In this document: positions 1-9,557 of the stretch, piece by piece
Layout: each line of letters opens with the position of its first letter
Numbering within the stretch: the first letter of the stretch is position 1
Assembly: GCA_043765375.1 (NCBI GenBank)
Contig: JAYUJH010000008.1
Coordinates: 12,113 to 76,112, forward strand
Reading direction: 5' to 3'
Origin: Alphaproteobacteria bacterium
GTDB lineage: Bacteria > Pseudomonadota > Alphaproteobacteria > Rickettsiales > UBA998
Length of the DNA stretch: 64,000 nucleotides
Translations under genes and position numbers: made by a program
Notes under the pieces: generated by a model
Seen by the model: only the letters and a program-made list of their open reading frames with translations
Database searches by the model: none
Told to the model about the DNA's origin: nothing

Positions 1-539
1 TTATAAATATATCCTTGCGGTATTGAATGCTTACCCGCCACCACCCGCACCCTATCAGGACGGAGCAAATGCAACTCTTTTGGTGGCTCATCACTCACGC
101 CAATTGCCAACACAAATGCGTCACCAGCGAGCAAATAATAACTGACCAACGCTTCCAAAAATTGATAATTCCCTTGAATTGGGTTAGGATTATGCAACAA
201 ATGTAACATTGGGTGCGTGTTCACTTCTGCCCGCACACCTGCATCATTTGATTGATAACCAAGAATTGTGCAATTCGCCACTCCCATCGCAATCATACTA
301 ACTGCACGATTTGCCACCACATTGCGCTTATATGCTTCATCAGCGAACTTGCGATAATCCCGCCCACTCCATACTGCATTTGCCGGTGATTGCATGAAAG
401 TTTGCAAACCAGAATACCAACTTGGCACCGCAGATTTGGCTTCACTAATATTATTTATTGATTGATTATCGTTTATTGATTGTTTTGCCACAATATTTTT
501 AGCAAAAACACTATTTACCTGCTTAATACTTGCTTTCAT
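1..539 (-). CDS. phage/GTA-type portal protein (HK97 family), N-terminal part; ORF continues past window start
   Basis: Open-ended, so absent from the ORF track. My translation from the ATG (rc of cat 537-539): MKASIKQVNSVFAKN...WSGRDYRKFADEAYKRNVVANRAVSMIAMGVANCTILGY...HPMLHLLHNPNP...FLEALVSYYLLAGDAFVLA...LHLLRPDRV. This is the pattern I associate with HK97-family portal N-termini (alphaproteobacterial GTA g3-like). Confidence 0.6.
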   Translation of the reverse strand, partial: MKASIKQVNSVFAKNIVAKQSINDNQSINNISEAKSAVPSWYSGLQTFMQSPANAVWSGRDYRKFADEAYKRNVVANRAVSMIAMGVANCTILGYQSNDAGVRAEVNTHPMLHLLHNPNPIQGNYQFLEALVSYYLLAGDAFVLAIGVSDEPPKELHLLRPDRVRVVAGKHSIPQGYIY

Positions 540-616
540 ATCAGTTCCTATTGATTATTTGCTCTCTATGATGTCAAACTATGCAATAAAACTTATATGC
601 GGAAGGGATTATTTTA

Positions 617-1675
617 ATGTATCGTATTATAAATATTATGCTAGGGTGCGGGCTTGGAGGAATTGAACGCTCCTCAATTGATTATGCCGAGTCCCTACAA
701 AATGCAGGCTGCGATGTGTTGTTCATCACTGACCCAAATGCAGAGATTAATGCGAGCCTAAACCATAGTGAATATGCACTAACACATCTTAAACAGCTTG
801 GTGCTTGGGATATAATGGCAGGCAAAAGATTGAACCAAATAGCGCAACGCTTTGAAGCGGATTTCATCATCACCCACGGCAACAGAGCGTTGCAAATTGC
901 GGCGAAAGCCAAACAAGGCAGCAAAGCAACGAATGCGCCAATTATTGCCACTTGCCATAATTATAACATGCAACATGCGCAACTTGCCGATGGTGCATTT
1001 TGCATCACCAATCATATGTTGCATCATTTGCGAACTACTCACCCAATATTTGCAGCGCATAATTCGTTTCATGTGCCAAATATGTTGCCAAAATCAGCTA
1101 AATATAGCGAAAAACATTGGCATAATCCATTTCGTATTGGAGCGATTGGCAGAATGGTTGAGAAAAAAGGGTTTGCGGTGCTAATCAAAGCAATGGCTCG
1201 CCTCAAGGATAAGCTAGCAGATACCATACCATTTGAATTATGGATTGCGGGTGACGGCGAGGAAAAACCTAAATTGGAAAAAATCACCAAAGAATTAGGG
1301 CTGGAAAATATCGTCAAGTTTTATGGTTGGGTGGAAAATCCATCAGATTTTTATGCGCAAATTGATGTTTTTTGCTTGCCCTCGCTTGATGAACCATTCG
1401 GAATTGTGCTACTTGAAGCAATGAATGCGGGGCTACCAATTATCGCCACCAAAACCGTTGGAGCGTTAGAGATTATAACTCATAATCAAACGGGTATTTT
1501 GGTTGAAATAGGTGATGCAGAGGCTATTTGCACCGCCATCATCAATCTGATTGAACCACGCAAAGAGGCGCAAAATATGGGTAAATGCGGCTATGATGAT
1601 GTGCATTTGAATTATGGCAAGCAAGTGATAGCTACAAAAATCATCAACTCATTAGGGCAGTTTCAACAAAAATAA
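617..1675 (+). CDS. glycosyltransferase, group 1 (GT4-like, GT-B fold)
   Basis: 352-aa ORF. C-terminal signature EPFGIVLLEAMNAGLPIIATKTVGALEIITHNQTGILV is typical of group-1 glycosyltransferases. Confidence 0.8.
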   Translation: MYRIINIMLGCGLGGIERSSIDYAESLQNAGCDVLFITDPNAEINASLNHSEYALTHLKQLGAWDIMAGKRLNQIAQRFEADFIITHGNRALQIAAKAKQGSKATNAPIIATCHNYNMQHAQLADGAFCITNHMLHHLRTTHPIFAAHNSFHVPNMLPKSAKYSEKHWHNPFRIGAIGRMVEKKGFAVLIKAMARLKDKLADTIPFELWIAGDGEEKPKLEKITKELGLENIVKFYGWVENPSDFYAQIDVFCLPSLDEPFGIVLLEAMNAGLPIIATKTVGALEIITHNQTGILVEIGDAEAICTAIINLIEPRKEAQNMGKCGYDDVHLNYGKQVIATKIINSLGQFQQK

Positions 1676-1730
1676 TCGCCCCCACCTATATTTACCTCCC
1701 ATGTTCGCCTCCCATATTTGACTACAATAA

Positions 1731-2618
1731 TCACTCTCGCCAATAATCAGCAAGCCACGGTGAAGGGAGAATATTTTTATATATTTTTTTATAAAATGGC
1801 TGCCCCGCCTCTGCCCACCTGCCCGCAATTGCATCAGCAATTTTTGGGTCACCATGGAAGGCAAGCAATTTTGCACCCGCTGGCAATTTTGGTGCAACCC
1901 AAAGGCGCAACCACCATGGTGCAATTGCATGTTGTTTGAAACTGACGCACCATTGCTCTGGCCAAAACTTCAATTCACCATATTTTTCAATCACTTTTGC
2001 GGATAAATATTCTTGGCTTGCGGTGAAATATTGCGCTACAACCTCTTTTGGACGCGCTTCAAAATCAGCTTTGACAAACCCTAATGTGCCAACCCGCCAT
2101 GAATAGCAGCTTGCTTGCCCGATTTTGTCCCCCTTGGAGTTCCAATCATTAATAATCACAAACTCATCATCTTTTGGATAATCAAACAAACAATCCAAAT
2201 TATCCGTGATAATTACATCTAAATCAAAGAAAAATACTCGCTCACCCTGCAATCCACTATGCAACCCCCCAAGCGCATCATCGCACAAACCAACTTCTTT
2301 GCGATAAACATATTTCAAATCATCTGGGTTTTGTAAATTAATTTCTGGTAATGGGTGCGCTATGATTTCAGGGTTTAATCCTTGCGCATCATCAGTAAAA
2401 CAATGGAACTTTAGCGCATTTTTGGCGGTGTTGCGTTTCACCATAGCAAATAATATATTCACATCACTTGGCGAATATTTTACCCCCCATTTGATACAAA
2501 TAACATGTTTTATGTGAATAACATGTTTAGTGGTAGGGAGATTTTTTGCGGTATTTATTTTATCTGCGGAAACGGTATTTTTTTGAAAAATATTGTCGTT
2601 GTTTAAGATTTCATTCAT
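1731..2618 (-). CDS. putative nucleotide-sugar transferase (DxD-like), family not recognised
   Basis: 295-aa ORF with FFFDLDVIITDNLD (DxD-like) and WGVKYSPSDVNILFAMVKRN...FHCFTDD. Sits next to another glycosyltransferase. Confidence 0.4.
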   Translation of the reverse strand: MNEILNNDNIFQKNTVSADKINTAKNLPTTKHVIHIKHVICIKWGVKYSPSDVNILFAMVKRNTAKNALKFHCFTDDAQGLNPEIIAHPLPEINLQNPDDLKYVYRKEVGLCDDALGGLHSGLQGERVFFFDLDVIITDNLDCLFDYPKDDEFVIINDWNSKGDKIGQASCYSWRVGTLGFVKADFEARPKEVVAQYFTASQEYLSAKVIEKYGELKFWPEQWCVSFKQHAIAPWWLRLWVAPKLPAGAKLLAFHGDPKIADAIAGRWAEAGQPFYKKIYKNILPSPWLADYWRE

Positions 2619-2685
2619 AAATCCATGTTATTTTATGTTCAATCAAAAAACAACAAAAATTACTATATTATATGTTACCAACTAA

Positions 2686-3021
2686 TTATACGCTCCAACC
2701 GTTAGACTTAGATGTATCAGCAGATTTATCAGCATTAGCTCTAGCAGCCAATGCTCCAGCGAAACCACCAGCAGGGTCAACAGTGTTTCCACCAGTTATA
2801 CCAGATAGTGCAAGAGAGTCTTTGACGTTCTTAAACTTGTCTGCCCATAAATCAGAATTTTTATTCTCAGTTCCATCTAATTTCACGGTAGCTGCAAGAC
2901 CAGACTTGTCATTGTGAACACTATTAAATAATTCAATTCTATTCTTCACAACAGCACTGGCTAGGGGTGTCAAATCACTTCTTGGCGTTAAAACTTCAAA
3001 ATCAGTTGCTGTCATTTTCAT
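2686..3021 (-). CDS. hypothetical protein downstream of flhF-flhG
   Basis: Track ORF is 2686..3036. GGAG about 8 nt upstream of the internal ATG (MKMTATDF...) favours a start at 3021. No domain recognised. Confidence 0.4.
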   Translation of the reverse strand: MKMTATDFEVLTPRSDLTPLASAVVKNRIELFNSVHNDKSGLAATVKLDGTENKNSDLWADKFKNVKDSLALSGITGGNTVDPAGGFAGALAARANADKSADTSKSNGWSV

Positions 3022-3278
3022 AATTATTTGCTCCATTCCTATAAATTAACTATAGCAATGTTTGCAGCATAGACTCAAGTAACAAATGCACTATGCAACT
3101 AAATGTTCACTGATCCGTAATATAACCGTCACAAATAAAACAAAACTATAGCAATATTCACCAAGTAAAAGCAAATAAACACTAAATTGAGTTAATTTAA
3201 CCCTCACCACTCAACTACGCTGCTTTGCAGCTTGTTTTGTGAACTCTCCCGCAAGGGAATAGTAATTGCTTTCCAAAG

Positions 3279-4049
3279 CTATGATTGCATCTTTTGCAAC
3301 AACTTAATGGAAATCGTCGCAACGTCCATTGCAGCGATAGAATTGGGAGATTTCTCCACGATTGGTGATTGCGCCCGAATCGCCTCCCTCACCTTGTTAT
3401 CCTTGCGCACAATTCCAAGCAATGGCGGAGTGAACTTGAGAAAGCTCTCGCACGCCTTGCTGATTGCCTCATAAGTGCGCTCACCTTCTTTTTGAGTAAT
3501 CGCTTGATTTACTACAATATTTACTTGCGTTTTTTGCAACCGAGTGGTGCATAATTTGATGAACGCATAAGCATCAGTTAGCGAAGTTGGTTCATCAGTC
3601 ACCACCACAATGCAGCATGATGCCATGGAGGCCATAAATTGCACATATTGCTCAATCCCCGCCCCTAAATCAATAATAATATAATCATATTGATTAGCTA
3701 GTTCAAGTAATTGTGCCTTAATGGTTAGTAATTTCTCTGATGATAAATTAGCAAGGCTGGTTGAACCAGAACGCCCCGCTATAATATCAAACCCAAGATG
3801 ATAATGCGTGATTATATCCTCAAGCAAACTGCCCCCACGCAACATTTGTGAAAGGTCACGTTGTGGGGTTAGCCCCAATTGCACATCAACATTTGCCAAA
3901 CCAATATCGCCATCAAACAATAATATTTTTCGCCCCGAACGAGCAAATAATTGTGACAAAGTGATGGATAGCCAAGTTTTCCCCACCCCTCCTTTGCCTG
4001 ATGCAACTGCGATAATATTGCGAGCCGATGATAAATCTACATGATTCAT
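3279..4049 (-). CDS. flhG: MinD/ParA-type ATPase FlhG (FleN/MotR-like flagellar number regulator)
   Basis: 256 aa with deviant Walker A VASGKGGVGKTW. Its start overlaps the flhF stop (ATGA at 4046-4049). Position directly after flhF. Confidence 0.75.
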   Translation of the reverse strand: MNHVDLSSARNIIAVASGKGGVGKTWLSITLSQLFARSGRKILLFDGDIGLANVDVQLGLTPQRDLSQMLRGGSLLEDIITHYHLGFDIIAGRSGSTSLANLSSEKLLTIKAQLLELANQYDYIIIDLGAGIEQYVQFMASMASCCIVVVTDEPTSLTDAYAFIKLCTTRLQKTQVNIVVNQAITQKEGERTYEAISKACESFLKFTPPLLGIVRKDNKVREAIRAQSPIVEKSPNSIAAMDVATISIKLLQKMQS

Positions 4050-5263
4050 GGTAGCAATCCCTCTATTTTAGGTTCTGGTGCTATTGAGTGACTGGAAAAG
4101 AATAATTTTGTGATAATTTCTGCATTGCACGGCTCAAATGCACCAATAATATTTTCTGTTCCCGTGATATTCACAATTTTCAGATGCGTTGCCCCTGCGG
4201 CGTTCAAAATGCTACCAAACCGCCTTGCGCAATCAATCCGTGTGATGATAATTTTTTCCACCCCGATAAACGAGAAAGCTCTAGCAATTTCATCAGCCTC
4301 CGCAGGGTCAGCCCCCGCCGCATAAACTAACACGGGTTCTAATTCAATCATATTTGCATATTCAGCAAGTTCTTTTAGCTTGCCAAAATCATAAGGATTT
4401 GCGCCTGCACTATCCACCAACACAGTTTCATTGAGTGGAATATCAGAAAGCATCGTCCGCAATTCATTACGACTTCTGGCAATTAGCAGATTTATCCCTA
4501 AAATATCCGTGATAGCAGAGAGTTGCTCCGCCCCGCCCGCCTTGTTGTTGTCAACCGTGATGACATGCACGATTTGACCATTTTTAACGCAATCAGCAGC
4601 GATTTTGGCAACGCTCAAAGTTTTGCCTGCACCTTGCGCTCCAATCAAAATATAGCGCAGGCAATCATCACCAACATTCAATTGGGAGAACACAAAACTT
4701 GCCTCAATTAATGCACCAAACCATTGCTTAATTGTGTTCTTATGGTGAGAAAATCTTTCTGCATCACCACCATTTAATTTGCTCATCTTATCGCATAAAT
4801 ATTCAACCATGGACTGATTAACACCATGCTCAACCAATATATTCTCAATAGATTTGGCAGTTTTAAGCGAAATATTTTGTAACTCTAGATTTTTATGCCC
4901 TAAAATGTTATGCCCTAAAATGTTATGCTCTAAACTCTTAGGTTCTAAACTGTGCCTAGGCATATTTTTCGTTGATAATTTATTAGGATTATTTAATTCA
5001 ACGGAATTATCAACATATGAATTATTTGAGTGCAAATTATTATGCGGAATATTATTGCTAACAACGCCACTCAAAGTTGCAAACCAATCATCGTAATTAT
5101 CATCATAATCAACATCTACAGGCTCAAAAGCTGCGGTCACCTGCACTGCTCCTAACGTATCAACTTGCTTGGTTGATATGATGATGGCACTATCGCCCAT
5201 AGTTTCACGAACCATTTTCATAGCTTGCTGCATATCATTTGCATCAAAAGTGCGCAATTTCAT
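4046..5263 (-). CDS. flhF: flagellar biosynthesis SRP-type GTPase FlhF
   Basis: 405 aa. N-terminus MKLRTF..MQQAMKMVRETMGDSAIIIS. G-domain motifs GAQGAGKTLSVAKIAA, VDSAG and ITRID. Contains a 15-nt tandem repeat (HNILGHNILGHKNLE). Confidence 0.8.
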   Translation of the reverse strand: MKLRTFDANDMQQAMKMVRETMGDSAIIISTKQVDTLGAVQVTAAFEPVDVDYDDNYDDWFATLSGVVSNNIPHNNLHSNNSYVDNSVELNNPNKLSTKNMPRHSLEPKSLEHNILGHNILGHKNLELQNISLKTAKSIENILVEHGVNQSMVEYLCDKMSKLNGGDAERFSHHKNTIKQWFGALIEASFVFSQLNVGDDCLRYILIGAQGAGKTLSVAKIAADCVKNGQIVHVITVDNNKAGGAEQLSAITDILGINLLIARSRNELRTMLSDIPLNETVLVDSAGANPYDFGKLKELAEYANMIELEPVLVYAAGADPAEADEIARAFSFIGVEKIIITRIDCARRFGSILNAAGATHLKIVNITGTENIIGAFEPCNAEIITKLFFSSHSIAPEPKIEGLLP

Positions 5264-5384
5264 GATTTGTTATTTACTCAACATAATTAATATAAATAAT
5301 TATTAGTGAGATTTCACATAGTTAGCAACTAATTTATTGATTTTCTTTGCAACTGTTATGTTAGGCATAAATTGACTATTTATA

Positions 5385-5485
5385 TGTTCATCATACCAGC
5401 GCACAACAGTTAATATTCCATTTACATGTTCGTCATACCAGCCCACGAAGCACAACATACGCAAATGCTGGTATCCATAAAACAT
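5385..5485 (+). repeat. composite copy of small palindromic REP (two left arms ATGTTC(A/G)TCATACCAGC, one right arm GCTGGTATCCATAAAAC)
   Basis: Left arms at 5385-5400 and 5426-5441; right arm at 5467-5485. Same motif as at 7463, 13515 and 43881. Confidence 0.7.
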
Positions 5486-5557
5486 AATCACTCAATAAAT
5501 ATTTCTTTAACAAATAATATATTGATATTACCTCGCAAAATGTTTAAGAATTATCTC

Positions 5558-7447
5558 ATGACCAAAACCCCATTGCTAGACACTATTGCAAGCCCGAATG
5601 AGTTGAAAAAGCTCAAGCCCGCACAATTGCCAAAATTAGCAGCTGAGTTGCGCCATGAATTAATTCAAACAGTGGCGCAAACGGGTGGACATCTGGGGGC
5701 AGGGCTTGGTGTGGTGGAGCTGACAATCGCCCTGCATTATGTTTATAACACACCGCATGATAAGCTGATATGGGACGTAGGGCATCAGGCTTACCCGCAC
5801 AAAATGCTCACAGGCAGACGGGCGCAAATGCACACAATAAGGCAGCTGAACGGGCTTTCAGGATTTTGCAAGCGTGATGAAAGTGAGTATGATGCGTTTG
5901 GTGCGGGACATAGTTCTACCTCCATTTCTGCCGCTCTTGGCATGGCAGTGGCGCGCGATTTGCAGCAACAAAAACATGAGGTGATTGCGGTGATTGGTGA
6001 TGGCGCAATGAGTGCAGGCATGGCTTATGAAGCAATTAATAATGCGGGCGCACTTAAATCACGCTTAACTATTATTCTCAATGATAATGATATGTCAATT
6101 GCTCCCGCCGTTGGTGCATTAAGTGGATATTTATCACGCTTAACATCTTCCAATGCTTATAATAATTTCCGTGATACGGCTAAGCATTTTGCCGAATATC
6201 TGCCCCCACCATTCCAAAGTGCGGCTCGCCGTGCTGAGCGTTATGCTCGTGGGGTGGGTATAGGAGGCGGTTCGTTATTTGAGGAATTAGGGCTATATTA
6301 TATCGGGCCAATTGATGGTCATCGCCTAGATTTGCTGGTGCCAATATTGGAACAAGTGCGCCAAACTCCGCATGATAAACCCGTGTTAATTCATATCGTC
6401 ACCGAAAAAGGGCGTGGCTTTGCCCCAGCCGCATCGGAGCTGGAGAAGTTTCACGGGGTGGGTAGTTTTGATGTGCTAACTGGCAAACAACATAAAGCAA
6501 TAGCCACCGCACTAAGTTATACAAACATATTTGCAAATGCGTTAATTGCACAAGCGCACCTTGATGAGAAAATTATTGCCATCACCGCTGCTATGCCATC
6601 AGGGACGGGGCTGGATAGGTTCGCAACAATTTTCCCCAAGCGTTGCTTTGATGTGGGAATAGCAGAACAACACGCCGTAACTTTCGCAGCGGGGCTAGCA
6701 GCTGAGGGTATGCGCCCATTCGTTGCGATTTATTCCACTTTTTTGCAACGAGCTTATGACCAAATTGTGCATGATGTGTGTATTCAAAACCTGCCCGTGC
6801 GCTTTGCGATTGATAGGGCGGGGCTAGTTGGAGCAGATGGTGCAACTCACGCTGGTATGTTTGATGTGGCGTATCTATGTTGTTTGCCGAATATGGTGGT
6901 GATGGCAGCGGGTGATGAGGCGGAATTGGTGCATATGGTGCATACGGCAAGCCTTCATGACGCATCACCAATTGCATTTCGCTATCCTCGGGGGGAAGGG
7001 TCTGGGGTTGAACTGCCTGAAACACCGCAAGCATTACCCATTGGAAAAGGGCGTATTATAGCGAAGCATGATGATGCCAAAATCGCTATCATCAATTTTG
7101 GTGCAAGGCTAAAATCATGCAAGCAAGCGATTAATGATTTAGCATTGCAAGGCGTGAATGTTAGCTTAGGCGATGCACGTTTTGCCAAACCACTTGATGA
7201 AGATCTGATTTTAGATTTTTTAGAAACACATGATTATGTGCTAACAATTGAAGAAGGGGTAAGCGGTGGTTTTGCCTCGCAAGTGCTGATGATGCTTGCA
7301 CAAAAAGCTCCGCATTTATTGCCAAAATTAAAGCCATTATATTTGCCCGATTATTTTCAACATCACGCTGATTGTGAAAAGTTATATGCTGATGCGGGCT
7401 TGGATAAAGCGGGAATTATCAAGTGTATAATGTCATTAACATCATAA
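5558..7447 (+). CDS. dxs: 1-deoxy-D-xylulose-5-phosphate synthase
   Basis: [20 protein letters not shown]-terminus and TPP-binding [18 protein letters not shown]...LNDNDMSI. The track ORF (from 5426) has 44 extra codons that are read-through of the REP (FVIPAHEA), so the start is set at ATG 5558. Confidence 0.95.
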   Translation: MTKTPLLDTIASPNELKKLKPAQLPKLAAELRHELIQTVAQTGGHLGAGLGVVELTIALHYVYNTPHDKLIWDVGHQAYPHKMLTGRRAQMHTIRQLNGLSGFCKRDESEYDAFGAGHSSTSISAALGMAVARDLQQQKHEVIAVIGDGAMSAGMAYEAINNAGALKSRLTIILNDNDMSIAPAVGALSGYLSRLTSSNAYNNFRDTAKHFAEYLPPPFQSAARRAERYARGVGIGGGSLFEELGLYYIGPIDGHRLDLLVPILEQVRQTPHDKPVLIHIVTEKGRGFAPAASELEKFHGVGSFDVLTGKQHKAIATALSYTNIFANALIAQAHLDEKIIAITAAMPSGTGLDRFATIFPKRCFDVGIAEQHAVTFAAGLAAEGMRPFVAIYSTFLQRAYDQIVHDVCIQNLPVRFAIDRAGLVGADGATHAGMFDVAYLCCLPNMVVMAAGDEAELVHMVHTASLHDASPIAFRYPRGEGSGVELPETPQALPIGKGRIIAKHDDAKIAIINFGARLKSCKQAINDLALQGVNVSLGDARFAKPLDEDLILDFLETHDYVLTIEEGVSGGFASQVLMMLAQKAPHLLPKLKPLYLPDYFQHHADCEKLYADAGLDKAGIIKCIMSLTS

Positions 7448-7462
7448 TAAATACACTTTATA

Positions 7463-7486
7463 GATACCAGCCTCCGCTGGTATGAC
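7463..7486 (-). repeat. small palindromic REP (GATACCAGCCTCCGCTGGTATGAC), inverted orientation
   Basis: Perfect ATACCAGC/GCTGGTAT stem with a 4-nt loop, 16 nt after the dxs stop. Confidence 0.75.
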
Positions 7487-7574
7487 AAACATATATATTT
7501 TCATGAAAATCCATAAAATAATTATCACATAAAAAACATTGACTTAAAACCACATAAATGATTAAATAATTGTA

Positions 7575-7787
7575 ATGTTTTTGATTGAGGGTAATTTTTA
7601 TATGCTACCCATAGATTATATTCCAAAAAGACCGAATGAAGTGGAAGACTTCATTCCTGATGTATTTTTGCTAGCAACAGCTCTGTTCTGCTTGCTAGGG
7701 TTTTTGTGTCACGCCCTCTGGGTGCTAGCACTAATACTATTTCTCGGATTAGCGGCAGTCAAAATATTGTTACCCCCGCTGAAATAG
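7575..7787 (+). CDS. small hydrophobic hypothetical protein
   Basis: 70-aa ORF with one long hydrophobic stretch (VFLLATALFCLLGFLCHALWVLALILFLGLAAV). No other support. Confidence 0.3.
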   Translation: MFLIEGNFYMLPIDYIPKRPNEVEDFIPDVFLLATALFCLLGFLCHALWVLALILFLGLAAVKILLPPLK

Positions 7788-7851
7788 AATACATCTATAA
7801 GTTATGGTTTTACTTGCCATAACTTTTTTTTTATGCTTGTTTAGCAACATG

Positions 7852-8991
7852 CAAAAACCACAACCTAACCTTCCACAATCTAATCTTCCAAAGGCAAACC
7901 TCACAAAGGCTAGCCTTCCGCAGGCGAAACCATATATCTATAATATTGCGCCTTACAAACAGGGCAAATCAGCAACCAATCCTGATATTATTCCAATCAA
8001 ACTCTCCTCCAATGAAAGCCCCTATGGTGCAAGCCCCAAGGCGATTGCGGCATATAATCAAGCAAGCACAAACCTCCATCGCTACCCTGAGGGCAGTTGC
8101 AAATTATTACGCCACAAACTCGCTGAAATGCACAATATTAACGCAGATAACATCATTTGTGGGGCTGGGTCTGATGAACTCATAGCCCTGCTAATCAACG
8201 CATATTGTGGTGCAGGCGATGAAGTGCTATTCACTGAACATGCGTTTTTAATGTATCGTGTTTATACCTTATCCGCTGGTGCAACTCCCGTTGAAGTTGC
8301 AGAAATTAATCTCAAAGCTGATATTAGCAACATCATTGCAAGCATCACCGAGCGCACTAAAATTATATTCATTGCCAACCCAAACAACCCAACGGGTAGT
8401 TATTTAACCGCTACAGAATTAGCAGAGTTACACGCCAAAATCCCCCCACATATTATTTTAGCGATTGACGCAGCATACGCTGAATGCGCCACCGCAGAGG
8501 ATTATGCAAACGGGCTAGATTTAACGCATCATAACAATGTGGTAATGCTTAGAACTTTTTCAAAAATATATGGGCTACCGTTGTTACGCCTTGGTTGGGC
8601 TTATGGTGATGGTAAGATAATAGATGCAATGAACCGCATTAAAAGCCCGTTTAATGTGAATGGAGCAGCGCAAGTTGCAGGAATTGCCGCACTGGAAGAT
8701 GTGGAATGGATGCAGGCACAAATGGCGCATAATCAAGCAGCGAGAGTATATTTAACTAGGGAATTGCAAGCGATGAAGTTGCACGTCCACCCATCGCAGG
8801 GTAATTTTATATTGGTTGATTTTGCTGATGAAGTGCGGGCAAAGATGGTTGCAAATGAGTTGGAATTGCGCAATATTTATGTGCGTGAGGTTATAAGCTA
8901 CAAACTACCAACTCACCTACGCATTTCCATGGGAACAATAGCAGAAAATGATGCACTAATTGCAGCATTACGAGATATTATTTTATTATAA
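7852..8991 (+). CDS. hisC: histidinol-phosphate aminotransferase
   Basis: Motifs LSSNESPYGASPKAI, ANPNNPTGSYL and FSKIYGLPLLRLGWAY (PLP lysine context). The track start at 7804 adds a hydrophobic extension; the internal ATG at 7852 gives a typical length. Confidence 0.9.
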   Translation, partial: QKPQPNLPQSNLPKANLTKASLPQAKPYIYNIAPYKQGKSATNPDIIPIKLSSNESPYGASPKAIAAYNQASTNLHRYPEGSCKLLRHKLAEMHNINADNIICGAGSDELIALLINAYCGAGDEVLFTEHAFLMYRVYTLSAGATPVEVAEINLKADISNIIASITERTKIIFIANPNNPTGSYLTATELAELHAKIPPHIILAIDAAYAECATAEDYANGLDLTHHNNVVMLRTFSKIYGLPLLRLGWAYGDGKIIDAMNRIKSPFNVNGAAQVAGIAALEDVEWMQAQMAHNQAARVYLTRELQAMKLHVHPSQGNFILVDFADEVRAKMVANELELRNIYVREVISYKLPTHLRISMGTIAENDALIAALRDIILL

Positions 8992-9015
8992 TTATTTAAT
9001 AATATCCAATTGCTA

Positions 9016-9066
9016 TTGCAAATCATTCGCAACAATGCTATATTGTTTCTTGCAAATCATTCGCAA
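9016..9066. promoter_or_regulatory. two identical 17-bp imperfect palindromes TTGCAAATCATTCGCAA (Fur/Mur/Zur-family-like operator candidates)
   Basis: Copies at 9016-9032 and 9050-9066, 34 bp apart and 21-71 nt upstream of the 9087 start. Palindrome form is TTGC-N-AAT-N-ATT-N-GCAA. Confidence 0.4.
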
Positions 9067-9086
9067 ACAAATAGAGATTAAACCAG

Positions 9087-9521
9087 ATGAAAATAATAGC
9101 AAGTTTCATGATTATTAATGCAATCATAACAATGACGGCAATAACAGCGCAAGCCGAGCCAAGGGTTCATCATTATGACCCAAGCAAACCAGCAAATGCA
9201 AGCATTGCCGCCAAAAACTTGCAGACTGATAACGATAAAATATCGCAAATTATTGCCCAAAATAAAACGCTTGATGCAAATCAGCTAGAAGCCATACACG
9301 AAATCACCTACGCGCTAGAGGAATCTCAGGAATCATTAGAAGGGGCGGGCTTTGATGATGCACAAATGGAACAGCTTGAAGATGCGATTAAACATTTGCA
9401 TAATGCCTCAGAGGATCATGATAGCAATGCAACTATTGAAGCATATCAAGCAATGCAATCCGAATTAAATGCAGAAGATATTGCCGAAAAACTACAATCC
9501 CTTATTAAATTAGGCGAATAA
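9087..9521 (+). CDS. secreted helical His/Asp/Glu-rich hypothetical protein
   Basis: 144 aa. Signal peptide MKIIASFMIINAIITMTAITAQA. Acidic and His-containing mature part (HHYD, HEITYALEES, HLHNASEDHD). Confidence 0.5.
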   Translation: MKIIASFMIINAIITMTAITAQAEPRVHHYDPSKPANASIAAKNLQTDNDKISQIIAQNKTLDANQLEAIHEITYALEESQESLEGAGFDDAQMEQLEDAIKHLHNASEDHDSNATIEAYQAMQSELNAEDIAEKLQSLIKLGE

Positions 9522-9557
9522 TTAGATATTTATTTTGCCAACATTATTTCTTAAAAG

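Noticed and set aside
540-2618. Prophage or genomic-island call for the start of the window
   Set aside because: Only a partial portal gene is visible. The next genes are divergent glycosyltransferases. No integrase, att-like repeat or further phage genes are in view.
5303-5557. 62-aa minus ORF (5303..5491) and the 44-codon N-terminal extension of dxs (5426..5557)
   Set aside because: Both are translations of the REP copies (the FVIPAHEA-type peptide). The conserved dxs N-terminus begins at ATG 5558.
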